The notes below the pieces were generated by a model that saw only the letters and a program-made list of their open reading frames with translations, did not search any database and was not told the DNA's origin. Of a stretch of DNA of 64,000 nt, positions 24,126-36,466 are shown one piece after another; position 1 is the stretch's first letter; the number at the start of each line of letters is the position of its first letter. The stretch lies in assembly GCA_001662655.1 (NCBI GenBank), contig KV460228.1. One strand, written 5' to 3'. The position numbers and the translations under genes were made by a program. Source of the DNA: Pseudogymnoascus verrucosus. Lineage: Eukaryota.

Positions 24126-24901
24126 CGTGGTGCGTTGGGCGCCGCGGGCGTGGTAAGATGGGATGGTGGATGAGGGAGTGCGGATTGAGAGATAAGGCTG
24201 GGAAAATAAAATTTTGGCGGGTATCGTTGGTGGTGGAGCCTAGCGGCCGCTGTTATCGCGGAGCTGGGCGCGCGTTGCTGGATTGGGGATCGGGCCGTGG
24301 ACGACGTCGTCAACTACAAGGGGGAAATGTGATCCACGACGTCGTTGCGGATGGAGTACCGTGCTAGTCTTCTGCAGTTCTGCTTTGTTCATGGAGTATT
24401 GTATCTACTATTTAGTTAGTTAGGCACCTTACAGTATGAAACACTCATTTTGAAGTCAAATCAAGAGACTCCTGTGTGGCATGTCGCCGTTCATTTGGAC
24501 CTCAATTACTGAACAACTCACGACGGCAACAGCGACAAAAGACGCACGATCACATCAAATTTGTTTATTTATATCTAGCATACACTCCCCTATTACTGTG
24601 ACTTCTGGCTCCCCGCTTCATGACTAGGTATTAATGCACGATGTGCACCCAGCTCCACGTCTCCCTCGCGATATGTCACCTTAGCGTACTGGTATGAATA
24701 AGAATAGTGTCACTTCTCAGAACCTACAAAGAGGCAGAGAAGGAAAAAGTAAGTTGTGTCTCTTCCGCATTGCTGCAGAAACACTAAAGTCAACAAAGCC
24801 AGATCCAAACCCATCATGTTGATTGACTCAACAAAGACGAGCCTCACCGCCTCCAGCACAACAGTTGACAAAAGTGTGAGACATCAACAAACTGAAAATA
24901 G

Positions 24902-27835
24902 TTACTCAAGGTCCGTTGGAAGAGGAGGAAGTGGTCTGTCGGGTGGAGGACCGGGCTGGGGCGAGCGGTATTTGGCCAGCTCTGCGGCGGAGAAACTGGA
25001 GCCTCCCTGGGATCCAACTCCGCGGTTCTCAAGGGGGGACTTGGCGCGCTTGTGGCCGAGCTTGGGAGGGGCAAGCATGGTGCTACTGCCTTGGGGGAAT
25101 TGGGCGACATAGTCCCCAAGGGGGGACTTGGACTTGGTCTTGGTGAGCTTGAGAGGAGCAGGCATGGCACTGAGGCCCTCAGGGAATTCGGCGCCGCGGC
25201 TCTCAATGGGAGACTGAGACTTCTTCTGGCCGAGCTTCAGGGGAGCGGGCATCGCACTGAGTCCTTCAGGGAATCCGGCGCCGGAGTTCTCATAAGGAGA
25301 CTTCGATCCAGATCGGCCGAGTTTGAGGGGGATAAGTCTTTCACTGAGATCCTCTGAGGCCTCGAGAGCGCGTTGCTTCTCGAGTTGAGCCTGGCGGAGC
25401 CTGGGGCCAAGTTTGAGCGGGGCGGGCATCAAGCTGCTCTCTCCGGGTAATCCGGGGCTGCTCTTCCCAAGGAGAGGGGACTGCGAACGAGTTTGGCGGA
25501 TCTTGAGCGGAGCTGGGATCACATCATTGCCGACACGGATGAAACGACCGTTCGGGTTTGTTGGCGCCTCTCCGGCGTTGCGGCTGGTCCTTTTGGCGCT
25601 GCGGATCGTGCTGGACCTTTTCTCACTGCGGCTTGTGCGGGATTCTCCAGTAATGCGGCTGCTGCTGCCACTGGAACTGGCTTCTCTAGAAATTCGGCCG
25701 CTGGTGGCGGTTTCGTCTCCAATTCTGCGACTGCGGACACGGTTGGCGTGGGCTTCTCTGTAAGCACGACTGTCTCTGCCATCTCCAGCTGGGAGGCTTG
25801 CTTCCTCAAACCTGACTCTGGGACGAATGTTCTCGTCGGTGCGGACTCTAATGCTGCCGTCCTCCAGCTGGACAGTAGACTTTGACTTGGTTGATCCGCC
25901 GTTGATCTTTGCACCATCGGTGGTCGATATTCTGTCGATTTCGCTACGGCCAGGGGGAACCTGCATCTCGACGCGGCTCTCGACGGCCACGAAGCGACCC
26001 TTGGCTTGGGTTACCATGTGGTCGTTCGCCTCCAAGAGCCGAACGAGGGCCTCGGGATTCTTTATGCCTTCCAGGCTGGATCCAATTTGCTGAAGAGTCA
26101 GTTCGTCCTTTTCAGAACGTTTCTCTTGGATTCCGGAAGTAGATTTTTTCAGGACAGAGCGGCGTTCAACGCCCTTTCCTTTTACGTCCTTTTGATGCCT
26201 CTCTGGTCCCTTTCCCTTGTCATCCTTTGGGCGACGGTGTGATCTCACTGGCGCGATTTCAGTTTTGGGTCTGTTGTCAGTGAGGTGTGCGGATGGGAAT
26301 GCAGGGTAGCTAAGGTAGCTCCCAGTGTTGCTGACACCTCTGATTTGGGCCATTCTAAGTGGATCCATCTCCATATCTTGATCGTTCATCTGAAGGCCAC
26401 GATGTAGCTGTCTGCTGTATCTGGCTGCCATGTGAGCTTTGTAGGCTCTGTTGGAGCCTGTTGGCACAATATCCTCGTCGTCTTCGAGGTTTTCAAGCGC
26501 TGTCCTCTCAGCACAACGCTCGGAATACTCCCTCTCCTCAAGCTCTTGGTATTCTTTGTCTCTCTCGAGCTGCCTGCGCTCCATTTCATTAATCACATTT
26601 TTCTGTGGGAGAAAGACGCTGGGCCCTCTTGTGCGAGGCTCTTTTGGCGCTTTTTTTAAGATGGGTTTCGTGGTGGAACTGCTGGCCACAGCCGCGTCCT
26701 TTGCCTGTGCTTCAGGTCCGCCCTTGCCGACTTTCCCGGTGGGGGTACTATTCTTTTGAGAACTCCGACTTTGTCCTCGAAATCTAGGAGTTTTAAGCTT
26801 TTTTTCTATCCACAGTTTGGCGCGATTGACATCCACGGTGTCGGTTTCCTGGTCGGACGCGTCTGGATCATATATATCTTCCAATCCGCAGCGCGTACTA
26901 TGACAGGGGGGGTCAACGAGCTGAAGAGCCGTGAAGTTGAATTATATTATATATTACTCACATGGTAGCGGAACGCCATTTCTTTGCGGTTTCTTTGGCC
27001 ATCAGAGCGGTTCTCTGTGTCCATGTTGTTGCCGAGAGGCCCAGCATGCTGTCCAGCATGATTGCGGTGACCTTTGTTCAGGTTAGCATCAACTGCACTC
27101 AAGGGGGAAGTAGGATACTTACGTTAAGTTCTTCTCCCATAATGCGAATCCTGCGGGCCAACTTGAGGCCATCTACTTCATGTATCAATAGGTCGGTATG
27201 ACCACGAAACATTACATCTGAAATAGTCTGCACAACTCCCGTGAGAGGCTCAAGAATCTACACCAGTAAGTCAGCGCTCGGTGCGAGGAGGTCCGCCTCA
27301 AAAAGGGGCAGCAGCACATAGTGGGAACACTTACATTTTGCCAAAGCACATCGTCTTCCTCGAGACACTCGACAGCCAGTGCAGCGGTCGATACCATATA
27401 GTCTTTGCGCAGTTGTACGAGCATATCACCAACATTTCGAAGAGCATGCATCAGCACATATTTCTCTCGAAAACCTACGTGCTGCTTCGCGCGCTTCCAG
27501 CCGCTCTTTTGGGGAAGTATCATACTCTTCGTCACATCATGGGCCTTAGTGCTGTTGTATGCGATAGCTGCAAGGGCGCCGGCGACGAACTGGTTCAGAT
27601 TCGGCAGGATCTCAGTACGGCCAATAGTCTCGGGATCGACGCCGAAGGTCTCGTTAAAGCGGTTATTGGCATGAGCTGTGACGAGAGTTGCGTTGTATGG
27701 CCCCGATACCGTCTTTAGGGTTCCGTCCTTGTTCCTGATGGCGCCTTTTGGAAACTTCGGTTTCTTCGGTGGGGTTTTAGCTTTCTTGCCTTTTGTACGC
27801 CTATTCAGGCTATTGTTGCGATATATGAGAGCCAT
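24902..27835 (-). CDS. Large unrecognised multi-exon protein with disordered, repeat-containing C-terminus
   Basis: 207-aa and 660-aa ORFs can be linked through short exons flanked by GT donors and AG acceptors between about 26895 and 27335; no family recognised; exon model tentative. Confidence 0.6.
24990..25520 (-). repeat. Coding tandem repeat of about 29 aa (87 nt), about 6 copies
   Basis: PAPLKLGQKKSQSPIESRGAEFPEGLSAM, PAPLKLTKTKSKSPLGDYVAQFPQGSSTM and similar units. Confidence 0.85.
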
Positions 27836-28039
27836 TGTGAGGCTCTACAGAAATGTTTTGATGTTCTTGATTTGGGTAGCCCGTCGTGGAGCTTGTTAGA
27901 ACTTGGAGCTCGGTGCCAGGGAGCGGCACGAGATGCACCAAGATGAGAAGATTTGTCAAGACTCTTGACCTACGAGATGTTAATGGGTGTTCTAGGAAGG
28001 ATCAAGGCTGTTGATGGCGTCCAACAAGCAAGAAACAAA

Positions 28040-28700
28040 GATAGGAGAAGGGGAGGTTCTTACAAGTTGAATAGAACACTGACCACAGATCGTGTGGAGG
28101 AAATACCCAGACCTTGTGGATCTAGTATCCAAGTGTCCAAGCTGTAAGTTGCTTTCTTGAACTTTCACCTTTGCATTTGTTAGCAGAGTGCTCGATGAAG
28201 GTTCAAGAAGACAGATGATATCTCATGAGGTGGAAGGAAAGATCGTTGAAGGGTGGAACTTACAAGTGAAACTGAACACGGATGGTGTTGAAGAAATACA
28301 CAGATCGTGAGTTTCTTTTCTCAGGTCTTCTCCTATTACATGTTAACAAAGTGTTCAAGGAAGGTTTGAGACTGCTGATGCTGTTGATGATGTCTCGTGA
28401 GGTGGAGTCAGGATTGTTGAGGGGTGGTTTTTACAAGTGAAGTTCAACAGGGATAGTTTCGATGAAATATCCAGATGGTGAGTATATTTCTTGAACTTGA
28501 ACACTATATGCGTTGAAAGCGAGCTCGGTGAAGGTTTGATATTGTTGATGGTGTTTAGGAGAAAGAAAGAAGGTTCGGTGAAGGAGTGAAGGGGTGAGGG
28601 TGTGCGGAGGAGAAGGGTGAAGGGGTAAACGTCACAAGTTGAACGAATATATGAGAGGTGGTGTCGAGGAAATACCCAAGATCGAGGGTTATTCCACTCA
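28040..28700. repeat. Degenerate tandem repeat, 170-200 bp period, about 4 units
   Basis: ACAAGT core at about 28062, 28262, 28433 and 28634, each followed by GA(A/G/T)GAAATA; units starting at 28214 and 28386 align over about 100 bp. Confidence 0.6.
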
Positions 28701-29901
28701 ACTACCACCCTCCGATGTGTTGGAAAGTTATTCGGTGAAGGTATGAAGCTCTAGATGGTATCTGGAAGAAAGAAGAAAGATTGTTGAAGTGGTGGTTGTC
28801 GGAAACGGAATTGACCAAGGTGGTGAAGGTGAAATCAAAACAAGCTGTGTGAATTTGGCTTGTAAAATTACCCAACGTGGCTAGCTCGAAAGGGGGGGGG
28901 GACTCGAGCTGCGATCCTTTGTTGCCGAGGGGTTGTGTTCACGAACTAGGCGGCAGGGGTTGTTGGGAGCAGGGGCGGCAGTACAGCGGCAGGCGTTGCT
29001 ATGGCGGCACACGCTGAGAATCTCGCCGCACCAAACCACAACCATGACGGACCTCTACGGCGGCCGCTCGCCTGGGTCTACAATTGAAGCCTCCGAAATG
29101 GACGCCGTGGGAATCTCGGAATACGGGGATACGGATCGCGGTCAGCTTCGCTGTGAAAGGTAGATAAGCTCCCGTACGTTTGTATCATTACTACGTCCAC
29201 GGCGATTTCAATTTGGTGTTGTTTTGGAGAGGATCAGTCTACGTTGTTGTTGAGAGTTGAATCTCCTTGGTTGTGATTCAAGCCTCTCCAGAGAGTTTTT
29301 ATATGGCCTGGCCATCCTTATGGTTTTGTTGACTCCTTTCTTTTCTACTGTCTATTCACCCTGGGGATTCCTCTGGCTATTAAATCCCGATATTTGATTT
29401 AATGGCTCTTGTCTACATTCACAATTCAGAGTCCAGTATATCTATTTCCAAAGGCAGCCTGTTTTGTAGTTTATCTACAAATTGTTGATGATTCAAGCTT
29501 ATTAGTTTGGTGTAAGCTTTGTCTACGATATCTTTATTACAAGCAAAGATCCCATAATTACAGCCACAAGCGAAATAGGTAGTGGTCCGAGTATATGGAA
29601 AAGAAAATTACACCATCTCGTAAAGATATTAATATTGAAAGGTTTGAAGAAAATATAAATCCATAAGCTGTATATGTATTGATTTGAATAGACTAAATAG
29701 CAATGATTTTATAGCGGGCTTCAAGAAAACAAAGAACAATAGGTAGCATAAATCCAGATCTGGGTACACTAGGAGCGGGAATACAATTTTATGAAAGGTT
29801 GAGAAAAGAGTTCCCTTCCAAAGGATTAATTTATAGTCTGCTTGTCAAAACGTCTCGCACTTCAGTAAACCATTGTTGATTCTATACTACTTCTTATTGT
29901 A

Positions 29902-31269
29902 CTACTTTTTGGGGTCCACGTATTCAGGGTGCTTCTCCCTGTACTCCCAGTCCTTCTCCACCATCCATGCGTGCTCCGGTCTCAACCCAACCTCCCGCAG
30001 GTTACAATCCCTATGGCCCCATTTCTCAGCATATACCAGCCGGCCGTGATCAATCGTCATCCAAAGCGCTGTTTCAAAACCAGCTGGGTCACGATAATAC
30101 GGTTCCCCTTGACCTCCTGTCTGGCGATGCTGCCAAATATTCCTTCCCTTTGGCGAGCGATACTTGGAATGATCCATCCCTTCAAAAGTGCGCACAATAG
30201 CTTTGTATGATTCACCCCCTCGAGTATATTCAGGCCATAGTGAGTCTGTTGACTTGCCCCTCTTGGTTTTTGGCCCTTTTTTGTCTATTTCGTAAGCCTC
30301 CGGAGGATTTGGATCAACAAATGACGCCTTTGGGCCGACTTGCTTTCGATACAGGGACAACAGATCAGAAATTGAAGTCCCAACATCGTTGATTTGGCCT
30401 ATTTTCTTTTCGTCAACCCTAAATCCAGCCATGGAAAGTCGCTCGTGCATGTCACAATCAGTCAGGTAGTATGGGATCTGTGTATCCCACGCCCCCACCT
30501 CGGTATATGCAGCTGTGTTGACAAGTGCAAGGCGGTCGTATGAAAACAGGACTTGAGCCCAGCGTCCATAGTCAGGAACTGTTGTATTTCGCAGAGCATA
30601 AACAGCCTTCGTATACAGAGATTCGAACGGTTCTTCATCTTCAAAAGAAGCAACCCCTACGTCCATATGCGACCAGAAGTATTGAGGCCAGTGCTCTTTG
30701 AGAGAGACATATAAGAAGAAGTTCTGGAGCTGGGAGAAGGTGAGGAGCGTTGGGGCTGTGAGGATATTGACTCCGAGCATATGCAATCGAGTATGGTTGA
30801 GGAAGAAGGGGTTCTGGAGGCTAAGTTTCCCATGTTCGTTGGCATCCATTGTTCCAGTGTTTTCGATAACATATATGTCTTCAGGTGGCCATCCCGCAGT
30901 TATATACGACACCACTGCCTGCTGCAATATTCGCCAGTTCCGGGTGAAGCCGATGAAAAGAGGTGTCTTTTCTGGAACATGAGGCCGTGGAGGAGAATTC
31001 CAAGAAGGAATGGGTGGTAGTTCTCGAGCTGAAGCTGCAGCTTGCGCAAGGGGAAAGTTGTCGACCACCGGCGGGTCAATCTCTGTCAGGTTGGGCTTGA
31101 AGAGAGGATGTCGTGGAAGCTCGAGTGGCTCTACTATATCATGGTCCTCTACCACCTTTCGAATCCGGGCTCCCAATCCACGGTTATGAATGTTCAAGTA
31201 ACATGCCGTGAGATATACGCAAAGCAGCGGTACGCCGACCAAGATATATCGAAATGATACTCGGGTCAT
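29902..31269 (-). CDS. Type II membrane protein, glycosyltransferase-like
   Basis: N-terminal anchor ILVGVPLLCVYLTACYL, Pro-rich stem, PLFIGFTRNW, IYVIENTG, FWSHMDV, VGAWDTQIPYYLTDCDM. Confidence 0.7.
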   Translation of the reverse strand: MTRVSFRYILVGVPLLCVYLTACYLNIHNRGLGARIRKVVEDHDIVEPLELPRHPLFKPNLTEIDPPVVDNFPLAQAAASARELPPIPSWNSPPRPHVPEKTPLFIGFTRNWRILQQAVVSYITAGWPPEDIYVIENTGTMDANEHGKLSLQNPFFLNHTRLHMLGVNILTAPTLLTFSQLQNFFLYVSLKEHWPQYFWSHMDVGVASFEDEEPFESLYTKAVYALRNTTVPDYGRWAQVLFSYDRLALVNTAAYTEVGAWDTQIPYYLTDCDMHERLSMAGFRVDEKKIGQINDVGTSISDLLSLYRKQVGPKASFVDPNPPEAYEIDKKGPKTKRGKSTDSLWPEYTRGGESYKAIVRTFEGMDHSKYRSPKGRNIWQHRQTGGQGEPYYRDPAGFETALWMTIDHGRLVYAEKWGHRDCNLREVGLRPEHAWMVEKDWEYREKHPEYVDPKK

Positions 31270-31835
31270 GGCAACCAAGTTACCAGTCGACCAGAAGCGA
31301 CTGGCTCGACAAGATGTGATAGAAGCATCCAAGAGGTGAAATATAACAAGAAGAGAGTTGTTTTTGCAATTTATATGATACGATATGACCCGCAGGTGGC
31401 ATATCGTATGATCAGGGTCACAGGGTACACTACTCTGAGCTAAGAGGGTCGCAACTTCCCATATAAGGGTTTGTTTACCTGCACGTAATGACGAAATAAT
31501 GACATTGGTTGATAATACTACCACTATCTAGCTTTCAGGACAAAAAGAGACCAAGCCGGGGTACTTTAGAAGCATTCTCATTTTCCTTGAAGCCCGAGGC
31601 CGAGGGGTGATAAAGCGGACAACACTGAGACAATTCACCACCCCTCAAAATACCAACAATAATATATTATTATTAATGAATAAATACTTATCATACGGCA
31701 TGTTTTATAACAGACATCAATCTGGGTTGGTAGAGTTGAGTATTTCCTTTATTTACGTGGTTTTATATAACAGAGTGATAGCCCAAGATATTTTTGTTAC
31801 CACATCGTCCACCTTTAGTTTGTGCCTTAGTTTCC

Positions 31836-33285
31836 TTAGTCAGTAACTGGAGTTTGGACCATCAGAGTCAGGAGCGAAAATGCCACCTCAGCTGCTGCCA
31901 GGACGGTTGTCTCCCCAGTATTGTCATAAGCCGGTGCCACCTCAACGACATCAGCACCGATGACCTTCAACCCCGTCAGGCCATCCAAAATCGTGAGCAA
32001 TTCACGAGTGCTCCATCCGCCAGGTTCGGAAGTTCCAGTTGCTATGGTTCACGTGTTAGCCGCCCGCACCCAGAGAAACATATATTGGACTTACCTGGAG
32101 CGAATGCTGGGTCAAGTACATCAATGTCAACACTAATATACACCCGGTTTTCTCCAACACGATTTTTAATCGAATCAATGATGCCCTGGGCGCCGATTTT
32201 ATCAATATCTCTAGCCGTGATCACGGCGAAGCCGCATCGTCGGTCATTCCGCATGTCTTTCTTCTTATTCATCACAGGAGCCCGGATGCCCGCATGAACA
32301 GAAGAATTCAAAATCAAGCCCTGCCGCTAGGTAAGTGGCCAGTACGCAGATTCGAGTTGAAAAATACGTACCTCCTCGTGGGCGATGTGAAGAAAGGTTC
32401 CATGGTTTACACCCGCATAGTGTGAGAATCCTCCACCGAGCACTTCTGGATCCCACGTATCTTCACTCTCATGTTAGTAATTGATGCTCGTGGCGTGGAA
32501 ATTCGGGAAGAGAGTCTCACCTATATGGCTATCAAAATGAATCACTGACACCGCTCCCCAATGTTCATGGGTAGATCGTAGAGCTGATAGGGTGGTGGTA
32601 TGGTCTCCCCCAAGTGCAACGATTCTTGGCACATGTCCTTTTGATGGATTGGCCGGGGTACGGCTTGAGACAATCTTGCGATGTTAGTAAACTTAAACAA
32701 ATTGACGGTAGATGGGTCACCAACTCTGTGGCCTTCGCCCAGCTGCTTCAGTGCAACAGTGTTATCCAGAAAAATCATGGGTACGTCGCCACAATCCACA
32801 ATCTTTGCCCATGAGTCTAAGGTATTTTCCCCTACAAAAGAAGGTTATTTATGCCTAAAATTTTGAAGGGCTAAATAATTAACATACCTGTGTAAACACT
32901 GTATCCATTCTGAATCCTCTGTGATCCCCGTCGGATGCCTGCCGGTCCAAACCTTGCACCAGGTCTGCCCGTAGTAGACTATGAACCTACTCGTCAGAAC
33001 GAACCCTCCTCTCGGTTACACTTTCAAGTTGTTACTGACCGTGTCGAAGGGTGCTCCAAGAATAGCAATATCATACTGTTCAACCTCATTGTCTTTCCCC
33101 GCAGAAAGGCAGTGCACGTATGGGAGGTTAGCATATGTGCTTAGGCCGCGGAATTTGCTCCCGCTGACATCAATGGCACTATCATATAGAGGTATTTGGC
33201 CATGGCCAAATGTATGAGCATGGACGCCGAGAGGTGACAGCAGCAGAAGGAAGCCCGCGGCACTCCAAACCGAGGTTCGGGCCAT
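31836..33285 (-). CDS. Agmatinase-like ureohydrolase (arginase family) with signal peptide; several introns
   Basis: GAPFDT|STTGRPGARFGP, LGGDHT, HFDSHID, NHGT, SVDIDVLDPAFAP, VVEVAPAYD. Confidence 0.92.
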
Positions 33286-34142
33286 TGGAGATTGGAAATA
33301 GGATTCAATGACTTAATTAACACAAGAAAGAGTGGGTGACTGTCCAAAGCAACAGTCGACGTTGATTGATGGTGATGTACGAATTGCCTTGTCTCGCCAT
33401 TCATCCAATGCTACACTAGCTGGTAGTCTTGGTCATGGGCTATGCCGTCAGGGTATTTCGTTGCCCTTCTTGGCGGTCCATCTCCGCACTTGCCGCGTCC
33501 CGAGAGCAACTTGTCAGAAATAGCGTTCTGGGGATGTATCCACAAAATCAAGCATAATAATACCTCCAACTACACTCAAGCTGACGTCCTAGCAGAATAA
33601 ATCGCAATGGAGACAACGGTGCATAACATACGTTGGTAACGTTGTCAACACGAGGCTTCTTGCACGGCCTCACTGTTGACGACGCGATCGGCGTAAGCAG
33701 TAAGCGCACACGTCCCTGTATAGAAACTCCAATGCTTGCTGTCTTGGCCATTCATGATTATGGACTGTGGAAGCTCTAGCACGGACTATGGGATGGAAAT
33801 ACAACCTCCACAACAATTCCGAGCCGACCTATCGGCTTTGTTACAGTAGGTACTGTGTTTCCCAAACCCCAGTGAGAATCAACCCTGCGGTTAAAACCAC
33901 GACGTTACTTACGCGGTGTAGGATCGCGAACGGCCTCATGGGGTCTAAAAATAAGGTAATCAATTGATTGACATGAGTATGTAATACTCTCTTCCCGAGC
34001 GTGCGAATCACAATGCGCCGTCTTCAGCGGGCCTTTGGAGACTGGGCTGGGCCTCGCGGCGATCTCAAAGGATATAAGTACGATAAAAGCCTTGATTGAA
34101 TTGTAGCAAAAGGCATCTCTTTCATCACTGTCAAATTTCAAT

Positions 34143-35870
34143 ATGCATCTTTCAAACACCATCTCCCTGGCCTTCAGCTTATTGCTCGCCGAATCTGCCC
34201 TCGCCGAGTATCATCCTTGTGTGTTGATTGGACCAGATGTTCCCATCCCAAAAGCTGTATCAAGCACTTCCGCCTTCAAAGATGGCATTGTTTCCATGAA
34301 GAAGGCCATTTCTGATGCTATAAGCTCTGGGGTGACATCATATGGTGATATGGACGCGAGTTCGACTTCCTTTTCCCTGGAGATATACTCTCTCCACGAA
34401 GAGGAACCCCTGTTCACTTATCACTACGATGCACCTGGGCTGGCAGACTCCACGGATGGCGTGAAGAAGATAGACTCAGACAGCATCTATCGACTGGGCA
34501 GCATTTCCAAACTCCTGACTGTCTACACATTCCTCGCTACTGTCGGGGATGTCTCGTTCAACGAACGCGTCACCAAATACATCCCGGAGCTCGCGGAGTA
34601 TGTAGCACAGCATAGAGGAGATGATGAAATCGATTTCATTTATTGGGATTCCATAACGATCGGGTCTCTCACCTCCCAACTCAGCGGGATGCCGGCCCAG
34701 CTCGCTGGTTCTCCCGGTACTGACGAGGCGCTCAAAGCTGGTCTCCCTCCAGGCGTGCCACTGCCCGTATACGACCCCGTCCCAGAAAACATCACCGATA
34801 CCAACTGTCCAAACCCCTATGGTGTGCCTTGCGACCGAGCGGGCATATTAGGGAGCATCAATTTCCAGCACCCGGCATTGGCGCCTTCCTGGGGGCCGTC
34901 CTACTCAAACACGGCGTATTCCCTGCTAGCATTCGCGTTAGAGACAATGACCAACGGTTCCTTCCCCGACCTCCTCACCTCTGAAGTCATCGACCCACTC
35001 GGCCTCAAAAGCACCTACTACTCCAACGCCCCTCTGGACCAAGGTGTGGTCCCGCACAACGCCGCCGTCTCGCAGTACACCGTCGATATCCTCTCCGGCG
35101 GCCCAGCCGGCGGCTTCTACAGCTCCACCAACGACATGCGCAAGATCGGTCAGGCTATACTGAACTCCACCTTACTCCCTCCCGCACAGACCCGTCGCTG
35201 GCTCAAACCTCTAACCTTCACTGCCAACGACGGCGCCCTCGTCGGCGCTCCTTGGGAGATCTACAAAGCGCCCCTCGCCGAACGCTCCGTCTGGATGTAC
35301 ACCAAAGGCGGCGACGTAGGCGCCTACTCCATCAATATCATCCTCCTTCCCGACTTTGGCATCGGCGTCACCTACCTTAGTGCCGGCGATGACACGTTAG
35401 CCGTAAAGGACGTTATAAACGATATCGTGGTTGCCATTGGCGTCCCAGCCTTCGAGAAGGCAGCCAAGGAAGAGGCGACCAATGTGTACGCCGGCACGTA
35501 TAAGCGCGCGGGGAGCAACGATACGCTCGTTATTTCTGTTGACGCTAATCCAGGGCTGCTGGTTACGCAGTTTATCATCAATGGCACGGATGCCGCCAAG
35601 GGGTTCTTGGCCGTGGGTGACCAGATCAGGTTGACGCCCAGTGGGCTAGTTAGCAAGGGAGGCGCGCGGGTAGGGTTTAGGAGCGTGCTGACGAGGAAGC
35701 CAATACCGGAGGGGGCGTTTGTGAGGAATTGTGTGGATTGGTTTAGTGTTGGAGGGACTCCGATTGGGGGGGTGTCGATGGATGAGTTTGTGGCTAAGGT
35801 TAATGGGGATGGGACAAGGGCGCTGGAGATCGAGGCGAGGGGGTGGCGGGTGTCGTATTCGAGGGTGTAG
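34143..35870 (+). CDS. Secreted beta-lactamase/AmpC-like serine hydrolase
   Basis: Signal peptide; SxxK in RLGSISKLL; YSN motif; GPAGGFYS; YTKGG. Confidence 0.9.
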   Translation: MHLSNTISLAFSLLLAESALAEYHPCVLIGPDVPIPKAVSSTSAFKDGIVSMKKAISDAISSGVTSYGDMDASSTSFSLEIYSLHEEEPLFTYHYDAPGLADSTDGVKKIDSDSIYRLGSISKLLTVYTFLATVGDVSFNERVTKYIPELAEYVAQHRGDDEIDFIYWDSITIGSLTSQLSGMPAQLAGSPGTDEALKAGLPPGVPLPVYDPVPENITDTNCPNPYGVPCDRAGILGSINFQHPALAPSWGPSYSNTAYSLLAFALETMTNGSFPDLLTSEVIDPLGLKSTYYSNAPLDQGVVPHNAAVSQYTVDILSGGPAGGFYSSTNDMRKIGQAILNSTLLPPAQTRRWLKPLTFTANDGALVGAPWEIYKAPLAERSVWMYTKGGDVGAYSINIILLPDFGIGVTYLSAGDDTLAVKDVINDIVVAIGVPAFEKAAKEEATNVYAGTYKRAGSNDTLVISVDANPGLLVTQFIINGTDAAKGFLAVGDQIRLTPSGLVSKGGARVGFRSVLTRKPIPEGAFVRNCVDWFSVGGTPIGGVSMDEFVAKVNGDGTRALEIEARGWRVSYSRV

Positions 35871-36466
35871 GGTGGATGGGGTGAGTAGAGGAGGGCTTTA
35901 ATATTTTGGATATTTTTTTGTCTTTGGTTTATGTTCAGAGTTTGCGAGGTAAACTCGTTAATGGCTAGGTCTACGTATTGTGTGGCTAGTTTATACAGAG
36001 AGATAGATCGACCAAATTGGTTCAATAACAAGTACTCCATCATTCAATCCTTATAATATTCTCACTGATTGTCCCAAACCCACCGGGTTGGTTAATATAA
36101 ACTATCACAGTGGTCCGGCGGGGGTCCGTGACGAGGGGTCGGCAATGCGGGGTAAGTGGAATAACCTTAACTGCGAGCTCCGAGCATGTTAGCCCGCTGC
36201 TGTATGTTTATTCCGTAGGTAAGCTCAGGATATATCTAAAGATATGTACCGCCTTGCTATGGAGACCATTAGTGGGAATTTATTTTCCCTCCGGAGGCGG
36301 AGCAGAATCATTCTGTACTAGCAAAATGTGCACAACTGGAAATGACCATATAATGTGGGTTATGCCGCCGAGAAGGTCTATTCTCATGAGTTTTGCTCTA
36401 TAGTAGGTTCTCTAAGAGCTCTATGAGATCTACTTCCTCTATCTCTACTACTATCTTCTTGTCATT

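Noticed and set aside
29080..29215. Partial inverted repeat CGCCGTGG / CCACGGCG with AATTGAA / TTCAATT
   Set aside because: Short and interrupted; no target-site duplication or recognisable RNA fold.
31836..33285. Functional linkage of agmatinase (makes urea) with urease
   Set aside because: About 30 kb apart with many unrelated genes between; signal-peptide agmatinases are already known in fungi.
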